NCBI GenBank assembly: GCA_963662455.3
Contig: OZ224042.1
Coordinates: forward strand, 2,446,953 to 2,510,952
DNA: 64,000 bases
Direction: 5' to 3'
Source: Acidimicrobiales bacterium
GTDB taxonomy: Bacteria > Actinomycetota > Acidimicrobiia > Acidimicrobiales > Aldehydirespiratoraceae
Below, piece after piece: positions 19,838 to 29,283 of this stretch. The translations under genes and the position numbers were made by a program. Position 1 is the stretch's first letter, and every line of letters starts with the position of its first letter. The notes under the pieces are model-generated. The model was given only the letters and a program-made list of their open reading frames with translations. It was not told where the DNA came from and ran no database searches.

Positions 19838-20938
19838 ATGGGAAGAGAGAGCGAGCTCTTGGGGGCTCGCGTGGCCGCCACTCGACGCGATGCAGGCCTC
19901 ACACAAGAGGAGTGCGCGGCGCGCGTGGGGATTGCTCGCAGCGCCTTGGCCAAGGTCGAGACCGGCATGCGCGGTATCAACGCGATGGAGTTGGTCCGGC
20001 TCGCGCAAGCACTGGAGATGCGTGTCGAGTGGTTCTTCGAAGATGCCCCTCAGGCCGTGCTGTCGAGGCGAAACGCCGCAGAGCCGGGTGCTCCCAGTCC
20101 GAGCGTGGACCTCTTCACCGAACGGATCACGCGGGAAGTCGAGTTCCTCCAGCGATTAGGTGAGCTTGAGTTGGCTGAAACACCCGCAATCGCGTTCCCC
20201 AAGACATCCGAGGAAGCCGAGCAAGCAGCGGCCAAGACGCGACGGCAGCTGGGATACGACCATGAAGAGCCCGCGACCGCACTGGACACGCGTGCATCTG
20301 ATTTAGGTCTGCTCACCTTCTCTTGGGAGTTCGGCGAGAGCGGAGCCGATGGGGCATCCGTCTTGTTGACCTGCGGGGGTGTGGCGGTTGTCAACGGCAG
20401 CTTCGGGACCGGCCGCCGACGCTTGACGCTCGCCCACGAGTTGGGCCACTACGTCTTTGGTGACGAGTATTCCACGGACTGGCGTGTGGCCGAAGCCCCT
20501 GCTGCTAGAAAGGAGGGCCGCATAGACTGGTTCGCGCGTGCATTACTCCTGCCGGCTGCGGCGTTGCGGGACCGCTGGAGCGGAGGCGATGACACCCGCG
20601 TCAACGCGGTGCGCTTGGCCAGCGAATACCGTGTGGACATGTCGACCCTGGCACGGCGGCTGCAAGAACTGGGGATCGCGTCACCCCAGGAGGCGGCAGT
20701 GGTACGCACAACGAGTACGCGTCAATCCGACATAGTCGAACTCGATTTGATCGTCGCCGACGAACTCTTACCGCCGTCGTTGCCTGATACCTATATGAAG
20801 GCGGTGCTCAACCTGTATCGCCGTGAGGAGATCTCTGCCGCCCGCGCCCTGGATCTTCTGTTGGATACTTGGCAAGAGGACGACCTCCCCGACCTTCCCC
20901 CGCTTCCCGCCGACGCTGTCTGGTCATTCGTGTCCTGA
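19838..20938 (+). CDS. XRE-family HTH fused to an ImmA/IrrE (M78) zinc metallopeptidase domain
   Basis: 366 aa. The N-terminal HTH is RRDAGLTQEECAARVGIARSALAKVETGMRGI. The HEXXH motif lies in LAHELGHYVFGDEY. Confidence 0.85.
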   Translation: MGRESELLGARVAATRRDAGLTQEECAARVGIARSALAKVETGMRGINAMELVRLAQALEMRVEWFFEDAPQAVLSRRNAAEPGAPSPSVDLFTERITREVEFLQRLGELELAETPAIAFPKTSEEAEQAAAKTRRQLGYDHEEPATALDTRASDLGLLTFSWEFGESGADGASVLLTCGGVAVVNGSFGTGRRRLTLAHELGHYVFGDEYSTDWRVAEAPAARKEGRIDWFARALLLPAAALRDRWSGGDDTRVNAVRLASEYRVDMSTLARRLQELGIASPQEAAVVRTTSTRQSDIVELDLIVADELLPPSLPDTYMKAVLNLYRREEISAARALDLLLDTWQEDDLPDLPPLPADAVWSFVS

Positions 20939-20962
20939 GCGGGCACCGTTCCGTTTCGCAAC

Positions 20963-21499
20963 ATGGACGCCTTCGTGTTCGACGCCGGCCCGCTGGCGCA
21001 CTTCGCGCGTGCGGGTTGGCTCGGCGTACTCAAATCACTGGTCGGTTCAAGCCGAGTCATCATTCCCGAAGAGGTCGTTTCGGAACTCAAATCGGCGGCA
21101 CGCTACGAGCACGCCATGGCGGCGGTGCTCGACGCAACCTGGATCGAACACCATGAGCTACGCACCGAAGCGGAGTTGTCTGCGTTCGGGAAGTTCGCCT
21201 CCCAACTCGTATCCGGGGAACGTAACGTGGGCGAGACGGCAGTGCTGGCAATTGCCGCGACAATGCCAGCGCAGGCGGTATTGGACGATTCCGTCGCCCA
21301 CAAGGTCGCGCAGAAAGCAGGACTCTCCTGCAAGCGCACCCTCGCTCTACTCTGTGAGGCAGTCCATGACGGCCTGTTGACGGCTGAACTCGTCAGCGAC
21401 ATAGCCGATGACCTCATCGAGACCGAATACCGGCTTCCGTTCGCCCCCGGCGAATTCATCCGATGGGCAGCCTCGCAAGGCCTCCTTCCTCCACAGTGA
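20963..21499 (+). CDS. PIN-domain protein (DUF3368-like predicted nuclease)
   Basis: 178 aa. FVFDAGPL...VIIPEEVVSEL...GETAVLAIA...AVLDDSVAHKVAQKAGL places the acidic residues in PIN-like order. It starts 24 nt after the XRE-ImmA gene. Confidence 0.7.
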   Translation: MDAFVFDAGPLAHFARAGWLGVLKSLVGSSRVIIPEEVVSELKSAARYEHAMAAVLDATWIEHHELRTEAELSAFGKFASQLVSGERNVGETAVLAIAATMPAQAVLDDSVAHKVAQKAGLSCKRTLALLCEAVHDGLLTAELVSDIADDLIETEYRLPFAPGEFIRWAASQGLLPPQ

Positions 21500-21581
21500 A
21501 TGGGACGGCGGAATTCTGGGGGTGTTGAAACATCAAGGTTAGAGGAAGGTCTGAATTAGCTACCAGGGCACACCAAATGAG

Positions 21582-22304
21582 CTAGCTCGGCAACGAGGCG
21601 AGCTGGTCGTCAGTTAGAAACAAGAAACGTCTGAGCAGACCGCTGAGCCTCTTACCTTCGCCCTGGGCTGGCCCCAGCGTCCACAACCTGACCAGGAATC
21701 GTGCCACTCGTTGCAGGATCGCGGTCTGAGTCGCCGCAAGGTGCGGATACCAGCGTCGGCTCCACTGCGCAGGGTCGGACTGCATGAGTTGGAACCACTC
21801 TGGGTCTTCCTCGTGGATCGCCTTCTCCAGCGTGTCCCACCTACGCATCGGGTCATCTGCTTGTGAGGAACTGTCGAGCAACACATTGAGGTTGTGGTAG
21901 CGCCCTCCGGCACCGAACTCCCCGAAGATATCGAGCATCTCTCTCAGATGCTTGTCCGAGGCACAGAAGTCAATGTCAGCCTGGAGCGCTGGTCTCTGCA
22001 TCAGGTCCATGTCGGCCCTTGCCTTGGCGAGAACGTCGTCAAGCAGCGGCAGAAGACGATGGCCGTACTGCTTCTTGAAAGCCTTCGAGGAGGGGTGGCC
22101 ACCTTCGGCGTAGAGGATCAGCGTCATAGTCAGCTTCAACAGTCGCTCGAAGCCTTGCGACAGGGAGAACAGGCCACGAATCCTGTTGTCTTCGCCACCG
22201 TCCCATTCCGCGATGGAGCGGATGCCCTCATCCAAGAGAGTGATAGCCGTCTCGGTCTCCTCGATCAGGGAGAAGCGCTGGTCGGTGGTCAAAGCGCTCT
22301 GCAC
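21582..22304 (-). CDS. hypothetical protein (alpha-helical; possible HEPN-like)
   Basis: 240 aa with normal composition. It contains YGHRLLPLL and an R-x4-H string (RRWYPH). No firm family assignment. Confidence 0.55.
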   Translation of the reverse strand: MQSALTTDQRFSLIEETETAITLLDEGIRSIAEWDGGEDNRIRGLFSLSQGFERLLKLTMTLILYAEGGHPSSKAFKKQYGHRLLPLLDDVLAKARADMDLMQRPALQADIDFCASDKHLREMLDIFGEFGAGGRYHNLNVLLDSSSQADDPMRRWDTLEKAIHEEDPEWFQLMQSDPAQWSRRWYPHLAATQTAILQRVARFLVRLWTLGPAQGEGKRLSGLLRRFLFLTDDQLASLPS

Positions 22305-22666
22305 CTCCGGGATCGTAACGGCCAGCAGCCGCCGATTGACGAACAGACCGAGCCCATCATCCGATTCTGGGTTGCGACGTTCGGGGTGGCTCTAGGCTCG
22401 AACGATGGGTCAGAAAGAACTTCGGGAACAGCCGCAACTCATCAAGGCAGCCATCGCATCAGCCTCGGATTCCAAGTTCGGGTTGTTACCCGCCTCTGTG
22501 GTGCGGACGCTGCTCGTAGTGATCGCAGTGTAGTCACCGCACCTCCTGAACGATCCGCACCCGTTCACGAGGTGTGGCGATGCGCAGTAGACGAGGCCCT
22601 GATCAACAGTCGGTTGTGCGAGTAGCGCCGATGGCCGCTGTCACACGGCCCCGTTAGGTTACAAGC

Positions 22667-23236
22667 ATGTCATATATTTTGGCTGAGCAACCTCTTCCCA
22701 CCCGGCGACGCATCGACTTCGCATCGGTGACTGGGTTCTTGAGCGCCACCGCGGGACTCATCGCGCTCATCGTCGAGATAAACGTTCGCGGCTGGTGGGG
22801 ATTGGCGATCTCGTGGGTGGACATGCTCGTCTTGGTTGTATGGCTCAGCCTGACAGGATGGCTCTCCAGCTGGGCGTTCGATAACGCCGAGGGTTGGTGG
22901 CACATACCCTCCTTCCTGGGTGCCGCAGCGTCGGTGATCGGTCTGGCGTTTCTCTTGGTGCTTGCTGTCATGTGGCTCGTCTCCGAGCACCCGGACATCC
23001 TCAACGATGACTCTAAGCAGAAGCGGAACGGCCAAAGGAACAGACGACGGCGAACAACAAGCTCGCGGCGACGACCCTCAGCCCCAGAAACACTCACGGG
23101 CGCCGCACTATGGTTTCTGCTGGCAACAGTTGCAGCAGTGGTGCTGCTGGTGCTTGGTGTGCTCGATGGCCTCTCTGCTTGGGCAGGTGAAGTCCTAGCT
23201 GACCTTGTTGTAGGTTTGCTCGAACAACATCAGTGA
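22667..23236 (+). CDS. hypothetical integral membrane protein (about 4-5 TM segments, Arg-rich loop)
   Basis: 189 aa. Hydrophobic segments include FLSATAGLIALIV, LVLVVWLSLTGWL, AAASVIGLAFLLVLAVMWLV and ALWFLLATVAAVVLLVLGVL. Confidence 0.6.
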   Translation: MSYILAEQPLPTRRRIDFASVTGFLSATAGLIALIVEINVRGWWGLAISWVDMLVLVVWLSLTGWLSSWAFDNAEGWWHIPSFLGAAASVIGLAFLLVLAVMWLVSEHPDILNDDSKQKRNGQRNRRRRTTSSRRRPSAPETLTGAALWFLLATVAAVVLLVLGVLDGLSAWAGEVLADLVVGLLEQHQ

Positions 23237-23708
23237 CCTACGCGCCCGATGCTAAAGCAGGGCGCACTTCAGGCAGGTCAAACCCACTCAGGAACCGCTC
23301 ACATGGGAACTTCACAACCGCCGGGTAGCACGCCAAAAGACCTGCCTGACGCAGAGATCCTGTGGGGAATGCCTGCGGGGCGTCCTCCTCCTCACGTTGT
23401 TCTGGGGGGATGCTTAGTACCTCACGATCCTCAAGATCGGGTCGCTCAGATCAGTGGCGCCAAGGTAAACCAAGGGTACGACGAAGCAGAAGACCAGATC
23501 TGGGTGGACGTCAAAGATGGTGAAGGCCAGATCTGGCATATCCGATGGGACGCTTCATAACAGTCATCGACCGAAGACTGACCGATCTGCATCCCCGATC
23601 CCCTCATCTTGCCCGTGGGTGCCCGTTTCGACTGATCGGTTTGGGCCCCGGGCTTGACGCTGCTCGCATAGGCGCGAGTGCAGACTGCGATGGCGACGCA
23701 GCAAGGGC

Positions 23709-25097
23709 CTACCAGTAGACGGCGATGATCTCTACGTCCAAGAACCGCACCGGGGCGCCAACGCGCGTCGAGGTCGATACCCGACCCGGGGATCCGCTTG
23801 AACCTGGAAGGTCCAGCCCCGCGTCGAGCACGGCCGCCGTTCGCAGGTGACAGGCTGTCTCGGGTGAGGTCGTCGCGCTAAGTGCTGAGTCGACACGGCG
23901 AGTCACTTCCGCGAGGACTGAGCGACGGCCGTCAACTGTCTCGATCCAGCCAGTGGGCCACTCAGCGGCAGCGACCAAGTCCGTCACCTCAGCGGAGTCA
24001 GGTTCTCGGCCGTGGCTTTCCACCAGCATCGTGACGTAGCGCCGGAGCAAGGCGTCTCCCCCCTCTCCTGCGAGCGAATGTGGTTGTTGCGACGCATCTA
24101 CGGCCTCCTCCATCGCATGGAGGGCGGTCTCGCCCAGATCTTCGATCTGTTCGCCAAACACGGGGTGGATGTTGTGGAGGACATCCATGAGCTTGATTGG
24201 GTGCCACCGGTCTTGGAGGCCCTCGCCGCCAAGCCTGCAGAAGACGGTGAACCGGCTGCCTGAGAAAAGGACACGACGGATGTCTTTCCAGAAAAGGTCC
24301 CGTTCAGCGACACCGACCACGACAACATCGGAGAGCGCTGCGTCTCCCGGTTCGTCAAACTGGTCGAGGACATCACGGTGGACCAAAAACTCCTGATCAC
24401 CGATCTCCGCTACTCTGAAGTCGACGAGGGATCCGCGAATCGGAACGAGGTCGGCTAGAAGGCTCTCGAGCAGCCGGCCGATCGACCGCATCTCTGCCAG
24501 CTGGTCAACGTTCTCATGACTGAACAGCTGCAAGTTCTCTTCCAGGATCTCGCGGATGGTCGTGATGATTGCACTGACACGGAAGATCGGGTCTGCCTCG
24601 AGAACGACCTCAACTTCAATGAGATTTCCACGGCAGAGCGTGTGCGGATCGATGACATAGCCCGTAGAAAGGTGTGACTCGAGGTCCCGTTCGAGTTCGG
24701 AACGACTTCGCACGTTGGGGATTCCCGAGTTGTCGCGTGAACCAGCCAACCCGAGCCTTGGTTGTTCGAGGTCGTGGAGTTCTTTGAAGCTCGTCTGGAC
24801 GATCGCCTTGCGGAGCACTTGTGAGGTCCGCGACTGGGTCGCCTCGATCCGTGACTTGACCTCTGCTCTGGTGACCCCGAAACCACCGCCCATTGAGCCG
24901 CCGACTTCGCTGTTCAGTGAAGCGTTCTGACTCTCGCTAAACTCGGTCGCGATGGCTCCCTTACGGGAAGCAAGCAGGCTGTAGACGGATACCTCGTCGA
25001 GGTACACAAACTCGCGGGGAGTTCCCGGTCGTTCGCTCGCCTCTCGCGTCTGACCTCGTCGGTGCCGCCAGGCTCGAAGGCGCTGAAGGGGGCTCAT
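23709..25097 (-). CDS. hypothetical protein, partner of the upstream AAA+ ATPase
   Basis: 462 aa and soluble-looking. I recognise no motif. Its ATG overlaps the ATPase stop (ATGA at 25094-25097). Confidence 0.75.
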   Translation of the reverse strand: MSPLQRLRAWRHRRGQTREASERPGTPREFVYLDEVSVYSLLASRKGAIATEFSESQNASLNSEVGGSMGGGFGVTRAEVKSRIEATQSRTSQVLRKAIVQTSFKELHDLEQPRLGLAGSRDNSGIPNVRSRSELERDLESHLSTGYVIDPHTLCRGNLIEVEVVLEADPIFRVSAIITTIREILEENLQLFSHENVDQLAEMRSIGRLLESLLADLVPIRGSLVDFRVAEIGDQEFLVHRDVLDQFDEPGDAALSDVVVVGVAERDLFWKDIRRVLFSGSRFTVFCRLGGEGLQDRWHPIKLMDVLHNIHPVFGEQIEDLGETALHAMEEAVDASQQPHSLAGEGGDALLRRYVTMLVESHGREPDSAEVTDLVAAAEWPTGWIETVDGRRSVLAEVTRRVDSALSATTSPETACHLRTAAVLDAGLDLPGSSGSPGRVSTSTRVGAPVRFLDVEIIAVYW

Positions 25098-26275
25098 GCG
25101 GCAGACTTGGCCTTCGTGGACCGACTCCCGATACGCTCGCGCTGCCGCTCAACGCGCTCGAATCCACCGAGGTAGTCCTCAACGAAGATGGCGCTTCGGT
25201 CGTCCGCTACAGCGAGTAACGCTGACTCGCTCCAGATAGCTGCCAGCTCGGCCGAAGACCAGCCGTCCGTCTTGGCAGCCACGAACTCGTGCGGCAGCGG
25301 ATCCTGCGTCTCCAGGCCCCGAGCGGTCTTGATGAGGATGTCCAATCGGTCCTCCACGCTCGGAAGAGGAAACTCGATCTCCCAATCAAACCTCCCAGGT
25401 CGGCGGAGGGCGACATCCAAGTCCTGCGGCCGGTTGGTCGCGGCGATCACCACGACGTTGCTCGTCGAGCCAAAGCCATCCATCAGGGTAAGCAGCTGGG
25501 CCACCACTCGCCGGCTCGCTTCGTGAGCGTCGTCGTCCCGCTGGGCTGCCACGCTGTCGATCTCGTCGAAGAAGATAATGGCCCTCTCATCCTTCGCCGC
25601 AGCATCGAAGATACGTCGTAGGAGTTCTTCGCTTTGCCCATACCACTTGCTAAAAATTTCAGGCCCCGAGATCTCAAAGAACGATGCGTCCGCCTGGGCC
25701 GCAATGATCCGAGCCAACATCGTCTTGCCGGTACCCGGCGGGCCTGTAAAGAGCACGCCCTTGATTGCGCGTGCTCCGATCTTGGCCAATTCTGCTTGTC
25801 GCTCAAGCGGTAGCTCGATCAGCTCGCGTGCACGCTTCACTACAGAACTCAACCCACCGAAGTCGTCGAAGGTGAGCCGTTGATCAGAATTACCTTCGGT
25901 TCGGAATCGATTCACAACCTCCTCGTCGATCGCTGGCAGCTCAATGTACTTAATAGGTTCTTCTGAGAGGACGCGGATGACCCCTCGGACCTCCCCCGCC
26001 TCAACGGTGTTACCGACCTCATACTCAAGATCCGCTTGCGTTGGAACCTTCCGGTACCGACCGCTCGCCTCAATGACTGTGACATCGTCTAACTTGATCT
26101 TGACGACACCGACCCATAAGTCGTCAGGCCACGCGCTGGCATCGACCCGTTCCGCGCTTTGGCCGGGACCTTCACCCGAGATCATGATCACGTCATCGGC
26201 ATCGAAGCCATGCCCCGTCCTGGTCAAACCAACCGCTGTTGCCGTTACGGAGATCGAAGAACACCCTGTCAGCAC
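25094..26275 (-). CDS. classical-clade AAA+ ATPase (Cdc48/FtsH-like single AAA module) with a ~150-aa N-domain
   Basis: 393 aa. GVLFTGPPGTGKTMLA (Walker A), AIIFFDEIDS (Walker B), VIAATNRPQDLDVALRRPGRFD (second region of homology). The annotated start is a GTG, so the start is uncertain. Confidence 0.9.
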   Translation of the reverse strand: MLTGCSSISVTATAVGLTRTGHGFDADDVIMISGEGPGQSAERVDASAWPDDLWVGVVKIKLDDVTVIEASGRYRKVPTQADLEYEVGNTVEAGEVRGVIRVLSEEPIKYIELPAIDEEVVNRFRTEGNSDQRLTFDDFGGLSSVVKRARELIELPLERQAELAKIGARAIKGVLFTGPPGTGKTMLARIIAAQADASFFEISGPEIFSKWYGQSEELLRRIFDAAAKDERAIIFFDEIDSVAAQRDDDAHEASRRVVAQLLTLMDGFGSTSNVVVIAATNRPQDLDVALRRPGRFDWEIEFPLPSVEDRLDILIKTARGLETQDPLPHEFVAAKTDGWSSAELAAIWSESALLAVADDRSAIFVEDYLGGFERVERQRERIGSRSTKAKSAA

Positions 26276-26579
26276 TGACTCCGGTCACGCGTGCGAGCAT
26301 TCCTGTGTGAATCGTGGTCTCGGTCACGGGGGTTCTCCACCTGCACTTTCTGCTGGTTTCAGGTTAACGACCTCGACTGACAAATTACAGCGTTGAAAGT
26401 ACTCGTCGTCCGAGTCCGTTTGCTCGGCGTTGGCCTCCTCCCGCCTCGCGTCGATGACCGGGCAGGACATGGCCGTAGGTTGAAGGCAAAGGCGATCACT
26501 TCGACGAGGACGAGTGAGCGCAGATGGCAATGGCATGTGGGCCGAACCCGGCGTCACACGGCAGCGTTATGGTGGGGTG

Positions 26580-27235
26580 ATGTCGAACTCGCTCGATCTC
26601 ATCGGCTTGAAGGCCGCGGCTGCCGAGTTCGCCGAGTCACTTCGCGACACGCCGATCCCCGAGTTGTTCGGCACAACGGACGGCAAGGCGCTGGGCACCT
26701 GGATCGAGGCGAATTTCAACGAGTTCCTCGCAGAGCGGCACGCGTACAGCCCTGGAAACGCGGCTCGCGGAATCGACTTCCCGGAACTGGAGGTTGATCT
26801 CAAGGCGACATTCATTAATCAACCCAGTCATCGTGCCCGTTCCGCGACGCGTCGCAGAAGATCTTCGGGCTGGGCTACGACCTGCTCGTGTTCGTGTACG
26901 AAAAGAACGACACACACGAGACCCAGTCTGCGGTGATCGATGTTCGCCACGCGCTGTTCATCGACCGGTCGAGAACCGGCGACTACCAGACGACGAGTGG
27001 AATCCTCGAGATACTCGACCGAGGCGGGAATATCGATGACCTCGTTGCCTTCATGGAGGACCGAAATCTGCCGTTAGACGAAATTGGCCGCGCGGCCTTG
27101 GCCGAACGAGTTCTCAGCGACCCCCCGACACAGGGCTACATCACGATCAGCAATGCCCTTCAGTGGCGGCTCCAGTACAACCACGCGATCAACAACGCAG
27201 GAGGGGTCGGCGGTGTCCAAGACCTCCTCTCGTAA
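26580..27235 (+). pseudogene. type II restriction endonuclease-like gene (PD-(D/E)xK) interrupted by a 1-nt frameshift
   Basis: From ATG 26580 the frame reads ...GIDFPELEVDLKATFINQ and then turns to Arg/Ser-rich nonsense. Frame -1 resumes as TQSSCPFRDASQKIFGLGYDLLVFVYEK... and runs to the stop at 27235. The shift maps to the C-run at 26823-26825. Confidence 0.6.
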
Positions 27236-28826
27236 GGAACTCGGCGACTTCCAAACACCTTGGGAGCTCGCGGTCGAGTGCACTCAAGTCCTAGCGACGA
27301 TCCAGCGCGGAACGCGCCGGGTGCTGGAACCGACGTGCGGTGAGGGGAGCTTCATGCTCGCTGCGGCCTCGGTCCTCGAGCCGTCCATCGAAATGTTGGG
27401 AGTGGAGATACAACCCAGCCATGCCGAAACCGCCCGCTGTCGACTCAATGGCTCTGACACCAGAGATGTTACGTGGCGAGTTGAGGTGGGCGATATGTTC
27501 CGGCACGACTTGGGCAAGCTCCAGTGGGAGACGGACGGGCCACTGCTGGTCCTCGGGAATCCGCCGTGGGTCACGTTGTCCGACCTCGGCGCGATGGACT
27601 CGATCCAGATCCCCGACCGCACCAACCTGCGTTCCGTTCGGGGGATAGATGCGCTTACGGGTGAGTCGAACTTCGACGTCGCCGAGTACATCTGGATGCG
27701 GCTCCTGACGGAATTGCGTCAACAGGAGCCTACGGTCGCGCTTCTTTGCAAGACTTCCGTCGCACGCCGGGTTCTCACGTTGGCAGCTCACCTGGATCTA
27801 CATGTGGCTGATTCGTTCCTGTGGCGGATCGACGCGAAGAAGTCGTTCGGGGTAGCAGTCGACGCCTGCCTCTTCGCTGTTCAACTCGATGGAGCAAGCC
27901 GCAACTACCGTTGCCAAGTCTTTGAGTCACTCGATGCGAGCCGTCCGACAAGCACCATGGGATTGGTGGGTGGGGCTCTCGTTGCCGATGTGGATGCTCA
28001 CGCCGTGGCTCGGCAATACGACGGGTCGTCGCCAGTGCAGTGGCGGCAAGGCGTCAAGCACGATTCAGCAGCCGTGATGGAGCTTCGCACTGACGAGGGC
28101 GGCAAGCTCCACAACGCGCTCGGCGAACCCGTCGAGGTCGAAGACGACTGGGTGTATCCGCTTCTCAAAGGTTCAGATGTGAACGCGGGCCGGCCCCCAG
28201 AACGTTACGTGGTCGTGACTCAGCGATCGCTGGCAGATGAGACGAGGAGCCTGCGACACACAGCACCCATGCTCTGGAGCTACTTGCAGACCCACGCTGA
28301 ACGGTTCGCTGCCCGCAAGTCGTCGATCTACCGAAACCGACCGGCCTTCTCGATGTTCGGCATCGGGCCGTACACATTCGCGCCGTGGAAGGTCGCAGTG
28401 TCGGGCCTCCACAAGACTCCTAGGTTCCATCTCGTAGGTCCGAGCGAGGGCCGGCCGGTCCTATTCGACGACACGTCGTACTTCCTGCCGTGCGAATCAG
28501 CGGCCGAGGCAGCCGTCCTTCTCAGTGCGCTGACGAGTGGAGCCGCAACCCTCCTCCTCAAGTCGTTGCTGTTCACTGACGCCAAGCGACCGGTGACGAA
28601 GAAACTGCTGCAGCGCATCGACCTCGCCGCCATTCTTCGCGACGACCGTGCCCGAGTCGAGAGGGGCGCGCAGGACGCTCTCGAAAAGGCCGGTCAGCAC
28701 CTGGATGCCAGGGCGATCACTCAAGAATCCGACCAACTCCTGCAGCAATGGAGCGGGACTCAGGACACCCCGCCACTATTCAGTGTCACCGACACTGCCC
28801 CACTCGAACCCGCCGCGTCAGCCTGA
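27213..28826 (+). CDS. gamma-class N6-adenine DNA methyltransferase (Eco57I/TaqI-like)
   Basis: Start taken as GTG 27213, preceded by GGAGGGG, and it overlaps the endonuclease gene end. GDFQTPWELA, motif I VLEPTCGEGSF, motif IV LVLGNPPWV. Confidence 0.85.
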   Translation: MSKTSSRKELGDFQTPWELAVECTQVLATIQRGTRRVLEPTCGEGSFMLAAASVLEPSIEMLGVEIQPSHAETARCRLNGSDTRDVTWRVEVGDMFRHDLGKLQWETDGPLLVLGNPPWVTLSDLGAMDSIQIPDRTNLRSVRGIDALTGESNFDVAEYIWMRLLTELRQQEPTVALLCKTSVARRVLTLAAHLDLHVADSFLWRIDAKKSFGVAVDACLFAVQLDGASRNYRCQVFESLDASRPTSTMGLVGGALVADVDAHAVARQYDGSSPVQWRQGVKHDSAAVMELRTDEGGKLHNALGEPVEVEDDWVYPLLKGSDVNAGRPPERYVVVTQRSLADETRSLRHTAPMLWSYLQTHAERFAARKSSIYRNRPAFSMFGIGPYTFAPWKVAVSGLHKTPRFHLVGPSEGRPVLFDDTSYFLPCESAAEAAVLLSALTSGAATLLLKSLLFTDAKRPVTKKLLQRIDLAAILRDDRARVERGAQDALEKAGQHLDARAITQESDQLLQQWSGTQDTPPLFSVTDTAPLEPAASA

Positions 28827-28903
28827 CCACAACCGCCAAGCACAGGGCAGCCGGAGTCCTCCTCGGGGTGTCCGAGGATTCGTGGGTAGCGGCAAGTCTG
28901 TCA

Positions 28904-29203
28904 CTAGGCAGATGCAGGCAAGGACTCAGCGTCGGACGCGGCTTGGCTCAGGGGGTAATCCCGCATGGCTTGGTGCAGGTCGCCGCCCACCTCTTGCCAG
29001 ACCTCCCTCAGGAACTCGTCATCCTCAGATGGCGCCAAAGGTTCAACCTTGGCGTCGAAAATCTTCCCCAGCAATTCGGTGATCTCCACTAGCAGCGGAA
29101 CGCTGATGCTGCGATCTGAAGGACGAACAGAGTCCCTCGCATCAGTGGACCTCTTCCTCGTGGCCAGTCCAGAGTAACGCTGCGCCGCGACAACACACGC
29201 CAT
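28904..29203 (-). CDS. small acidic hypothetical protein (uncertain)
   Basis: 99-aa ORF 80 nt downstream of the Mod gene on the same strand. The central part looks protein-like (LLVEITELLGKIFDAKVEPL...EFLREVWQEV). No homology is recognised. Confidence 0.3.
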   Translation of the reverse strand: MACVVAAQRYSGLATRKRSTDARDSVRPSDRSISVPLLVEITELLGKIFDAKVEPLAPSEDDEFLREVWQEVGGDLHQAMRDYPLSQAASDAESLPASA

Positions 29204-29283
29204 TCATAAATCGTACATTGGTTGTTGTGGCAATACCTGAGATTGATGTGACATCAACTACAAGAGACTGAAACCCTCTGTTT

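Noticed and set aside
23249-23560. 103-aa ORF just after the membrane-protein gene
   Set aside because: It is Pro/Gly-rich with no RBS or motif. It could be real but is unsupported, so it is not listed as a feature.
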